A stretch of 64,000 nucleotides of DNA from a virus. Made by a program: the position numbers and the translations under genes. The notes below the pieces were generated by a model. That model was given only the letters and a program-made list of their open reading frames with translations. It did not search any database and was not told the origin of the DNA. The stretch spans positions 1 to 64,000 of IMG/VR virus record IMGVR_UViG_3300019886_000004; one strand, written 5' to 3'. Positions 8,247-17,119 of this stretch are shown piece by piece (the stretch's first letter is position 1; each line of letters begins with the position of its first letter).

Positions 8247-8521
8247 ATAGTTGTTTTGAAAGATTTTCCAAATGATTCAATAGCTGACTTTTGTACATAC
8301 CATTCAGTTGCAAATTTTTGAGCATCCTTAAACTTACTATCACTAAATATGCCTGTTTCAAATATTTGGTATACATCTTCTAACTTAATACAGGTTTCAT
8401 TCACTCCTATTAATCTTCCATAATAGAAATAATTGAAACAGAAAATAAGAACATATTCTCCTAATAAAGAACTGAATCCTTCATTTTCAACTTCTACAAC
8501 TTTTACTGGTAGCATTTTCAT
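8243..8521 (-). CDS. putative Sm/LSm-like beta-barrel protein
   Basis: LLGEYVLIFCFNYFYYGRLIGVNETCIKLED...WYVQKSAIESFG resembles Sm1/Sm2 spacing. Confidence 0.5.
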   Translation of the reverse strand: MKMLPVKVVEVENEGFSSLLGEYVLIFCFNYFYYGRLIGVNETCIKLEDVYQIFETGIFSDSKFKDAQKFATEWYVQKSAIESFGKSFKTTI

Positions 8522-9011
8522 AATTTTTAATTTTGATTATTTAAAATTTATTATTAAAATATAAATTCATCGAGATAAAGACTCATTTCTTTAACTCTTT
8601 TAATTGCTGGTTAATCTCACGCCTGATCTGATTAAAGATAAATTTTGGAAGAACCATATACTACTTTCTCTAGAAATAGAATGAGTATTTGTGGTTTACA
8701 CTCAACCTTCCCTGTCCTTTACTCTAACTTTTGAAAGGTGCTATTAGGATTGAGCGACTTTATCAGCGACTTATTAATATTGGTCTACCTAAAACGTCCT
8801 TTCTGTATGCCATAATTAATTGATTTAAAGAGCTAATAATATGCATGTGAAACATATAAAGAATATGAGAACAAATATTATTTGTGGTAAGATATTTGGG
8901 TTAGGGTTACATTCACTATAATCTTTCATTTGAACAATTTAAAGAGTTAACTAGATGAGATAAAGCAAAGAACTCATCATCTATCTGGATTTGTTTTCTC
9001 TAGTTAATAAG

Positions 9012-9257
9012 TTATATAATGAGTTTCTCTATATTAAGGATAGATTGCTTATTTACTGACCATATTTCTTCTCCCCTTGATAGTATACGTTCATATATTC
9101 TTTCAGACTTTACTTCGGCTTTTCCACTAGCTAATACAAGAGCTTGATGAATAGCTTCTATCATACATTGCCTTGCTTTGGAACGATGTAAATATGATAT
9201 CCCATCTTGAAAATGTTCATGTTTATCTAGGATGTCTCCTAAATCTATCTTATCCAT
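9012..9257 (-). CDS. hypothetical protein
   Basis: ORF. Confidence 0.65.
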   Translation of the reverse strand: MDKIDLGDILDKHEHFQDGISYLHRSKARQCMIEAIHQALVLASGKAEVKSERIYERILSRGEEIWSVNKQSILNIEKLII

Positions 9258-9265
9258 AATAGATG

Positions 9266-9505
9266 TTATTTAATCGTGATAAAACTAGGATAAGTTATCC
9301 CTTCTTTATTCGTCGTGAGATTGATTTTTATTTTGTTAAAGACTCCTTCTGGTTTATCCTTAGTATAACAAAGATAATAGTCATGCGCGTTATAATGCAT
9401 AAAGTGCATAGCTGATTCCACATAACCCTGTATATCCGTATTAAAATCAAAGCCCCAGTTAGTCTTATGGATTTTCTTGTTTAGAACGGCGGTTATCTCA
9501 TCCAT
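9266..9505 (-). CDS. hypothetical protein
   Basis: ORF with leader TTAACTCTTTAAAT. Confidence 0.65.
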   Translation of the reverse strand: MDEITAVLNKKIHKTNWGFDFNTDIQGYVESAMHFMHYNAHDYYLCYTKDKPEGVFNKIKINLTTNKEGITYPSFITIK

Positions 9506-9652
9506 AGAAGTAATTTAAAGAGTTAAAAATAACCGGATACAAGAGTCTACCTATTTCCTATACAGGAGTTGTTCCACTTATTAATCCGTCCTTCTATTGA
9601 TGAGTGAGGGCTTAATCTATCAATAAGGTGTATAGGAGCTTAATAGGTTGAG

Positions 9653-9841
9653 TTAAAATATCTTCATCTCAATAATGTGAATGAACTTATCAGATTGCTC
9701 TACCTGTTCTTTCATCCAGTTAGGAGATTCTTCTAGCTTCTCTTCTCGGTATGCAATGGCCTGCTCCTCAGTTCCGTACATATAGTATTCTATGTAACTA
9801 CTTTCCGAATAAGTATAGAACCATCCAACCTTATAGTACAT
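9653..9841 (-). CDS. hypothetical protein
   Basis: ORF with leader. Confidence 0.6.
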   Translation of the reverse strand: MYYKVGWFYTYSESSYIEYYMYGTEEQAIAYREEKLEESPNWMKEQVEQSDKFIHIIEMKIF

Positions 9842-10509
9842 GTTATAATAATTTAAAAGTTAATGATACCCAAGTTATACAAGGTTCTTATCCTTGATTT
9901 ATATCGTGAGATACGAATACCCTAAACGTTAAACGATTAATTGGATATAACCTGAGTATCAAAGAATTAATAACCAGAAAAATACTTCTTATTGTGTATT
10001 TGTTTACAAGTATGCCAGTTTTGCGAAGTGCATGAACTGAGTAAGACACAAGCAATAACAACAAAAAATACTGCAATGGTAGCACTAAGAAGTGTGTTTA
10101 ATAGTTTCATAAAGCGAGTTTTTAAGTTAATTGTTTAATTATTTCAAGTAAGACGATATGATTAATGTTTATACTTCTGTAGGTGTTTGGTTTTGTTACT
10201 AAGTCTATGAATCCTCTACCAAGACTAGAACCTTTTAATCCAACACCTATATATTCTCTGTAGCCTTGGGACCATGGACTTTCAATAGTTATTTTATACA
10301 TAAGTTTAAATTTTAAATCCAAACGTGGTATAATAATAATGTAATTACTGCAGTGGCTATCAATATTGTACTGTAAGTATGATTTCTCCAGTCATGGTTA
10401 TCTTTATTTAGTATCATATTTAAGAGCATGCCAATAAGTCCAGTAATTGCTATAGTGACAAGTATTTTATCTATTAATGCCATAAGTTTTTTTATTTTAT
10501 ATAATGAGA

Positions 10510-11016
10510 TTATTTATAGACGTTTAGTAAATAGTATTTACCTAATAGTTTTCGTATTTGTATGGAGAGTCTTGATTTAGCATTACGTACAGATTGATAG
10601 TTAAGGTGCATTATTACACCTATTTCTTCATTACTTTTACCATCCACATATAATAAGTTAAATAATCGATGGGATTTAGTGGATAATATAGTAGCTAATT
10701 TAGATATTACTATTATCATTTCTGATTTAAGTTTGAGAAGCTCCAAATCAGTAAAATCATCTGTTGTAAGATCAATGTCATCAGAATCTACAGTTCTTTT
10801 GTAAGAATCTATAAAATCAAGACATTTCATCTTTGTTTTCCAGTATAGATACTTATCAATGTGATCCTCCACCTTTGCCAGTCTTTCAGGTTTTAATAAC
10901 AACATAGAAAACACATCAGATACTATATCTTCAGCATTTAGTTTGTTTTTTAGTATTTTAAATGCACAGAGATACATAATATACCAGTGGGTTTCATATA
11001 GTTGTTTTATGTTCAT
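10510..11016 (-). CDS. ECF-type sigma-70 factor
   Basis: AEDIVSDVF...YLYWKTKMKCLD (region 2); LFNLLYVDGKSNEEIGVIMHLNYQSVRNAKSR (region 4). Confidence 0.85.
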   Translation of the reverse strand: MNIKQLYETHWYIMYLCAFKILKNKLNAEDIVSDVFSMLLLKPERLAKVEDHIDKYLYWKTKMKCLDFIDSYKRTVDSDDIDLTTDDFTDLELLKLKSEMIIVISKLATILSTKSHRLFNLLYVDGKSNEEIGVIMHLNYQSVRNAKSRLSIQIRKLLGKYYLLNVYK

Positions 11017-11350
11017 TGGAGAAGGTTTAATAAGGTTAATTTAAACAAACTTTCATTAATAAGCTTACTTCAAGTGCTCGTTGATATTGACCCATCATTT
11101 TTAGAACTTCTTTTCTCCATCCAAGATAAGAACTCTCAGGTATTAACCAATAAGGTATAGATTTTGTGGATTTATGATATAAGTATTGCATATAATAAGA
11201 TTTATAGATAAATATTTGGAAATGTGAATAATTTTTCGTAGCTTTGTGGAACAAACACAATTATTAAAGCTACTCACCTCCTCGTAGTACAAACACTTAA
11301 TAAATAGGAAATCAGTTACTTAGGGTAAAAAATACATGAAATGCAAATCT

Positions 11351-11608
11351 CTAGATATATATAATAGATATATTACAAATAGTAATACTATAAACACTCC
11401 ATGTGTCTATTTTAAAAAAGGTTAAATCGGCGTGGATTGAGTTAAATTTTAAGAATAATCTCTTACCCAGAAAGTATTTTGTACATTTATTGCCCTTTGA
11501 AGCAAAGTTCTTTTTTATATTACTCGCTTTAAATGGTGAATAAAGACATACTAGTTGAGCAATTGTAAATAGTAGTATAATACTACCAATAATGTAAATA
11601 AGTGTCAT
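11351..11608 (-). CDS. membrane-anchored hypothetical protein
   Basis: N-terminal hydrophobic helix. Confidence 0.55.
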   Translation of the reverse strand: MTLIYIIGSIILLFTIAQLVCLYSPFKASNIKKNFASKGNKCTKYFLGKRLFLKFNSIHADLTFFKIDTWSVYSITICNISIIYI

Positions 11609-11935
11609 TATGAGAGTTTAAATGAGTTTATAAGGTACTATGATACTGTTGTTAATGATAACAAACACTTTATCAGTTATTAAGAGACTTAATGTATGGA
11701 TATCTCTGTAGCTCCTTGTTTCTAAGAAATGTTTAACTTCGTGAAAATTGTATGTTTTACCCTCATATATTATATCTCTTGTGAACATAGAATTAATTTA
11801 ATAAGTTAAAAGCTGTGGATTTAACCTTCATCTACTGTTATTTCATGTCCCAATTACATATAGCAACTATCTCATAATTACCATATTTTAGCTTAAATTG
11901 GTCATTAAAGCATATAGGACATACATGTTGTATGT

Positions 11936-12127
11936 TTAAAGATCAATACCTGTAGGTAATCTTTCAGGTAATATGAGTTTATGAGTGTTTACATAAAACT
12001 GACCCTTGTCAGTATCAATAAATCCTTTGACAGAATTGATTGAGTTTCTGATGTTATAAACTTTACAGATTCCAATTCTTTTATCTTCGTGTATATAGAA
12101 AGCTTTGGTTTTAGGTGTATTTTCCAT
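11936..12127 (-). CDS. hypothetical protein
   Basis: ORF with leader. Confidence 0.6.
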   Translation of the reverse strand: MENTPKTKAFYIHEDKRIGICKVYNIRNSINSVKGFIDTDKGQFYVNTHKLILPERLPTGIDL

Positions 12128-12297
12128 GATTTTTTATTTAATGAGTTAATAGATAATAAAACTCCAGCATAGAAATGCCAGAGTTATGACGATTGCTCGG
12201 CCAAATGTTATGAAAAAAGCAAATAAACAACAATTAAATAAGTTTACAAGAGAGTAAAATAATTAGTTTTGTATAGTTTGATCAAAATAGTATTATA

Positions 12298-12501
12298 TTA
12301 GCTTAATCCACTAATTCTATCTATTAGACCATTAATTTTATTACTGTGTCCAACAGCTATTTCATAGTTAGTGAGAGTCATGAGAGTTGATTGTATCTCG
12401 CCGTGGATTTTGTAAGACACACATACACAGTTATCATCAGTCATATTTACTTGTTGTATATTAGGTAATACAACAGAGAGAAAGAAAGCAAACTTTTTCA
12501 T
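12298..12501 (-). CDS. hypothetical protein
   Basis: ORF with leader. Confidence 0.6.
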   Translation of the reverse strand: MKKFAFFLSVVLPNIQQVNMTDDNCVCVSYKIHGEIQSTLMTLTNYEIAVGHSNKINGLIDRISGLS

Positions 12502-12611
12502 AACTAGTGAGTATTAGAGAGTTAAATAAAAAATAGATGAGCCACACCATCCATAGCTATTAACTTGCTTCGCTATCTCAGATGTGAACTCACCTTTACA
12601 CTAAATCTATC

Positions 12612-12950
12612 TTAAAGCATTTCGCTGTTAATTTTAGTCATGGGTTCAGGATACGTATGAGTGGGATTAAGTTTTGATTCTACTTCCATTATGCCATATT
12701 CTTCTTGGTTCATATCCGTTTCCATGAGATTGTTAAAACGTACAGTCTCCGGATCGTCATCAATTACTTCTTCGCTGAGCTTAAAGGTAGAACAAAGAGC
12801 ATTAAACTCATCTGTAGTGATAGTAACATAACAATCACCTGTCTTATTAGTAAGTGTAGTGAGACCTTGTTGCTCGTTGTGGTCAATAATGATTTCATCC
12901 TGAGTAAGCATACAGAGTAATGCCATTGCTAAATTTGCTTTCTTAAACAT
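12612..12950 (-). CDS. acidic hypothetical protein
   Basis: ORF with leader. Confidence 0.7.
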   Translation of the reverse strand: MFKKANLAMALLCMLTQDEIIIDHNEQQGLTTLTNKTGDCYVTITTDEFNALCSTFKLSEEVIDDDPETVRFNNLMETDMNQEEYGIMEVESKLNPTHTYPEPMTKINSEML

Positions 12951-13537
12951 AATTGTATTTTTGAGAGTGATTAAAAGTGTTTTTTGCCGTGGATTTAATA
13001 AAATAACCTCCAGTAGATAGATACTACCATTCGAGCCTAACTCATCTATCTTATATATACTTCGCTATTTCATATGCATCTTTAAATAGTATATAATATA
13101 TAGCCTTATTATTAGATTGTTAAAGAGGTTATTAATGTGGAATAGTAATGTATTCTTGTTTTTAGCCAAAAGGTACGAGAAAATACGTAGGTTATAATAG
13201 TTTGGTTGTTGTTTTAGCCCTATTTCACCCAATTTGAACCCAATTTACATCCAATTATATCAAATATACTAACGTACTTGTCTCGAAAAACACGGGTGTG
13301 AGACAAATGAGTATATCAAATAACTATATGATAATCAAATAGTTAAGCTTAATATCTTCGTCTATACATGATTTGCGTGTTATGTTCCCGTGGATTATTT
13401 ATCCCATCCCCATTAGATAAAGGCAGAAACAAGTCTGCCTTTAATAACTATTAACTAGCTCTAATGAGGTTAAGACTTGATATTATATTGGTAATCAAGT
13501 CGTTATGAGAGTAATACGTCCGATTTGAGAAACGATT

Positions 13538-13564
13538 TAAAGAGCAAGCCCGAAGGCTCACTCT
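13538..13564 (-). terminator. UUCG-tetraloop terminator/stabiliser hairpin
   Basis: minus strand AGAGTGAGCC-TTCG-GGCTTGCTCTTT just after the 13571 stop. Confidence 0.7.
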
Positions 13565-13570
13565 CTATGA

Positions 13571-14089
13571 TTAACCTAATGTTTCGGTGCCTGCTGCTTC
13601 AGTTTCAACCACTTCAGCTTCTTCACCAAGGTTATCTACAATGGTATCTGCAATATCATCACTCTTGGTTGTTGGTGTGACTGTAGGTGGTGTACGAACT
13701 GCTGTTGGTTGTGCACTAATAGTTCTTACACCAAGTCTGATCTCAGCCATGATCTGTGCTTCTGCATCTTCTTGTTTTGCCATAAGACGCAAGTTTCTAG
13801 TATTCTCCTGTTTGGTGGTATCAGTGTAGATATTCAGCCCATCATGGCTCTTTATCAGGTCATACTGTGGTTGTGGTACATCACCATTACGCAGTAGGTT
13901 GTTTAGCTGTATAAAGTATAATGGTGCTCCTGCTGGTGTACGTTGCCATTGGTCAATAGTCTTGTTGGCTCTTGCTGCCATAATTGCTACATACTCGTCC
14001 AGTTCTGCGATTGTACCGCTGACTGCATACACGAGAACCCAACCGCTTGGTCTACGGTATTTACTTACTGCTGTTGCTTTTAAAGACAT
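13571..14089 (-). CDS. hypothetical early protein with acidic Pro/Thr tail
   Basis: 172-aa ORF, GC-enriched codons, own terminator. Confidence 0.8.
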   Translation of the reverse strand: MSLKATAVSKYRRPSGWVLVYAVSGTIAELDEYVAIMAARANKTIDQWQRTPAGAPLYFIQLNNLLRNGDVPQPQYDLIKSHDGLNIYTDTTKQENTRNLRLMAKQEDAEAQIMAEIRLGVRTISAQPTAVRTPPTVTPTTKSDDIADTIVDNLGEEAEVVETEAAGTETLG

Positions 14090-14138
14090 AACGTTTGTTT
14101 TAAATGTTAACGAATTGATTGTTGTTTATTGTTGTGTG

Positions 14139-14342
14139 TTATTTTACTGTGTCTATTATAATTAAGCAGTCATAACCACTGCTTTGTATTGTATCACCAA
14201 CCTTTAATCCGTAATCTAAGCGTTTTATTGAGGTGATTGGATCTCTGGTGTAGCTTACATTACGTACACGATAGAGTCTGCTTGACTTAGATGCACAAGC
14301 TACCATTGAGGTTACGATGATGATTGCAATAAAACGTTTCAT
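14139..14342 (-). CDS. putative lipoprotein
   Basis: MKRFIAIIIVTSMVA-C lipobox-like signal. Confidence 0.6.
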   Translation of the reverse strand: MKRFIAIIIVTSMVACASKSSRLYRVRNVSYTRDPITSIKRLDYGLKVGDTIQSSGYDCLIIIDTVK

Positions 14343-14511
14343 AACTTTGATTTAGATGGTTTTGGAATTGTTTGAGTCAGTTTGACCGGGGCTACCCGAA
14401 GTCCCCTTATTAACGGTGGGTCATTGTTGAGGGGGGTACAACAACTACTACATACATATAAAAACCAGGTACCTAAAATAGAGGGGGGGGTAAAATATAA
14501 GTACTTAAATA

Positions 14512-14543
14512 TTTGGTTATATCACAAAAAGATACTATCTTTG
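14512..14543 (+). promoter_or_regulatory. Bacteroidota housekeeping promoter
   Basis: TTTG-N20-TATCTTTG. Confidence 0.8.
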
Positions 14544-14698
14544 TATATATGATTACAATACAAGATAGAATAACTAAAGAATATTTTGATATACCAGTAG
14601 CTATTAGTTTAGAATACACTTTCTTTAGATTATCTATGCAATCAAAGTATCGTATTATAGATATTAAATTTAGTGCTTACTTATAAATCCACGGCAAA

Positions 14699-14896
14699 AT
14701 GGAAATATTTAAAATAGATAGTAAAGAATTCTTAGATAAATTAACTTCTTTAAGGGATAAAAATTATAAAATATATGATCTCACTTATGCGTTAGGAAAT
14801 AATCTTTATCCATCTACTATAAATAGAATACTTTCAAATGGAGTTATATTATCAGAATATCCTAATGATAAATCAGTTTATATTAGACCGGTATAA
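14699..14896 (+). CDS. hypothetical protein
   Basis: ORF. Confidence 0.55.
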   Translation: MEIFKIDSKEFLDKLTSLRDKNYKIYDLTYALGNNLYPSTINRILSNGVILSEYPNDKSVYIRPV

Positions 14897-14902
14897 AATA
14901 AA

Positions 14903-14934
14903 TTTGGTAAATTAAAATAATAGTTGTATATTTG
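14903..14934 (+). promoter_or_regulatory. Bacteroidota housekeeping promoter
   Basis: TTTG-N20-TATATTTG. Confidence 0.8.
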
Positions 14935-14941
14935 TATTAGA

Positions 14942-15022
14942 CTGCAAGTACAACTAAAAATATTAGGGTGGTTTCTACCACTATTAGACCCCATGTACTT
15001 GCAGGCGCATCGGGGTCTTTTT
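14942..15022 (+). ncRNA. attenuator / C4-CI-like small leader RNA
   Basis: 5' CTGCAAGTACA complementary to TGTACTTGCAG in the loop of terminator AGACCCC/GGGGTCT-TTTT. Confidence 0.55.
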
Positions 15023-15032
15023 ATTTTATACC

Positions 15033-15383
15033 GGTCTTAAGATGTTTCAACCTCTGCAAAACACTTTACGCAGTTAATGAAAGGTAAGTTTTTAAAAGAC
15101 TAGGGAGATGACGTTGAAGTCAGAACTTGGCATCTCTAGATAGTCAGAGTATAGAAACAGTGGAAGCAATGTCTATAACCTTGACATCTTCCGACCTGCA
15201 AGCTTTAAATAGCTCTATATATCTCCTAGGTTCGTTTGAATAAACGTATGGCTTTAAGCTGGGTCCTGGGTGTCTTTGAAAACAGTGGTATGTAAGTGTA
15301 GTACTCTTCTAGTAGTACTTTAAGTATACCACCAGTAGAATCAGCAGGAGTAGTTGTATTTTTATTTATACAATAACTCTTGC
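15033..15383 (+). ncRNA. candidate large multi-domain structured RNA
   Basis: no ORF of 60 aa or more; many nested stems, with G-U pairs on the + strand. Confidence 0.5.
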
Positions 15384-15443
15384 AGGGTTTTAAAAGGTGA
15401 AGTGTGCTTAATAGAAAATAGTTTAAAAATAAGTATCAATTAA

Positions 15444-15475
15444 TTTGGTAAAGTAATTTATTTTACTTACCTTTG
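15444..15475 (+). promoter_or_regulatory. Bacteroidota housekeeping promoter
   Basis: TTTG-N20-TACCTTTG upstream of thyX operon. Confidence 0.8.
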
Positions 15476-15726
15476 TATTATAAAAGAAATAACTATGGAA
15501 ATAGCAATTACATTATTAGTAGGTATAGTTTTATTTATAGGTTTTACATTTCATTTAATGTGTGATAGTAGAAAACAATATAGGAGGTACTAAATGACAT
15601 CAGAAGAATGGAATGATATATATCCAATGTTACCAGAGGACGTAAGAAATGAAATAATAGAGAAGTTAAAAAAGATGTGGAAAGAGATAGGAGGAGACGA
15701 AGAACAACTATTAAATTTAATAAAGA

Positions 15727-16611
15727 ATGACATCTGCGACAATAATAAAGGATAGTACGAATTGGTTAGATTCTAGAATCACAACTTTGATCTTAGAATA
15801 TCCTCGCTTTATTCATGGAGAATTTATGACTCATCGTGTTTTAAGTAAAAATGCTGCAGGATCTAGAGCTATACCAATTGAGAAAATGATTGAGAATGTC
15901 AAGAGTAATACTGTATATCCTACTTGGACTAAAACTCAAAAAGGTATGCAAGGAGAAGTTGTAACTAATCTAAGTATTATACAAGAGCTTGATAATGATG
16001 TATTTTTTATGAGAGATTGGATTATAAATGAGGTTCAAAATCTGGCTGTTAAAGGAGTACATAAACAAAACGCCAACAGATATTTGGAACCTTTTCAATA
16101 TATTAAATTGATTTGTACAGGTACAGAATGGAGTAATTTTTTTTCACTGAGATGTCATAAAGATGCTCAACCTGAGATTCAACAACTAGCTTATGCTATA
16201 AGACAAGCCATGAAAGATAGTTCACCAAAATTTTTAAATCCTGGTGAGTGGCATATACCTTTTGAAGATTTTTTACCTGAAGATACAAATTCTGAACAAA
16301 AAATAAAAGTATCTGTAGCAAGATGTGCAAGAATAAGTTATAATAATTTTGAGACTAATAGTATAGATGTAGAAAAGGATATAGAGTTATATGAAAAATT
16401 AATGGTACAAGAACCTTTGCATGCTAGTCCAGCAGAACATCAAGCTAGAGTTCCAATAGAACAAGAATTAGAACACTTTCATTCAAGATATTTAACACAT
16501 ACAGTAGGTAAACCAATTTATCATAAAGGTAAATATATATCAAATTTAAATGGTTGGATTCAATTAAGAAAAGTAATAGAAAATGGAGAACACTTTAATA
16601 ACATTCGATAG
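15727..16611 (+). CDS. thyX: FAD-dependent thymidylate synthase
   Basis: YPRFIHGEFMTHRVLSKNAAGSRAIP, HKQNANRYLEPF, NFFSLRC..AQPEI, HASPAEH. Confidence 0.88.
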   Translation: MTSATIIKDSTNWLDSRITTLILEYPRFIHGEFMTHRVLSKNAAGSRAIPIEKMIENVKSNTVYPTWTKTQKGMQGEVVTNLSIIQELDNDVFFMRDWIINEVQNLAVKGVHKQNANRYLEPFQYIKLICTGTEWSNFFSLRCHKDAQPEIQQLAYAIRQAMKDSSPKFLNPGEWHIPFEDFLPEDTNSEQKIKVSVARCARISYNNFETNSIDVEKDIELYEKLMVQEPLHASPAEHQARVPIEQELEHFHSRYLTHTVGKPIYHKGKYISNLNGWIQLRKVIENGEHFNNIR

Positions 16612-17119
16612 ACTTAATAACTTAGTTAAACTTTGTGAAAGTACATGGCATGAAACTATAGCTGAGGTAGGAGTTTATAAAGGAGGATCACTAAAAACTT
16701 TAGCGCAAGCTTTTCCAACTTCAGTAATATTTGGATTCGATACGTTTGAAGGGTTACCTGAAGAACAATGGACAGATAAAGAGATTCATAAACCCGGTGA
16801 GTTTAATGACACAGATATTAAAAGTGTTTATGAGTTCATAAATAATCCTAATGTTGTTTTAATAAAAGGTTTATTTCCAGAATCAGCCAAACATTATAAA
16901 GATCAAAAGTTTGATTTTGTTCACTTAGATACTGATTTTTTTATCTCAACAGTTAAGAGTTTACTTTGGTTCTGGCCTAGAATGAATTATGGTGGTATAA
17001 TAGTATTTGATGATTATGGTTGGCCTAATTGCCCAGGAGTAAAACAAGCACTAACAGAATTTGGACACCCGGTACATGAAACAGAAAACGTTAAATATCA
17101 AGCATGGATACAGAAATAA
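16583..17119 (+). CDS. TylF/MycF/NovP-family O-methyltransferase
   Basis: EVGVYKGGS, GFDTFEGLP, KGLF, FVHLDTD, GGIIVFDDY, PGVKQA. Confidence 0.88.
   Translation: MENTLITFDRLNNLVKLCESTWHETIAEVGVYKGGSLKTLAQAFPTSVIFGFDTFEGLPEEQWTDKEIHKPGEFNDTDIKSVYEFINNPNVVLIKGLFPESAKHYKDQKFDFVHLDTDFFISTVKSLLWFWPRMNYGGIIVFDDYGWPNCPGVKQALTEFGHPVHETENVKYQAWIQK

Noticed and set aside
8821-12525. Recurrent TTAACTC(T/A)TTAAAT-like words before early genes as integron-type recombination sites
   Set aside because: Degenerate, positioned like Bacteroidota translation leaders, and no recombinase in the window
2182-14165. Plus-strand ORFs in the left arm (e.g. 2182, 5299, 5874, 13587, 13899)
   Set aside because: Antisense shadows of better-supported minus-strand genes
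15095-15150. Group I intron core (GACTA...TAGTC resembles P7)
   Set aside because: No interrupted gene, and no identifiable P3, P4-P6 or splice sites
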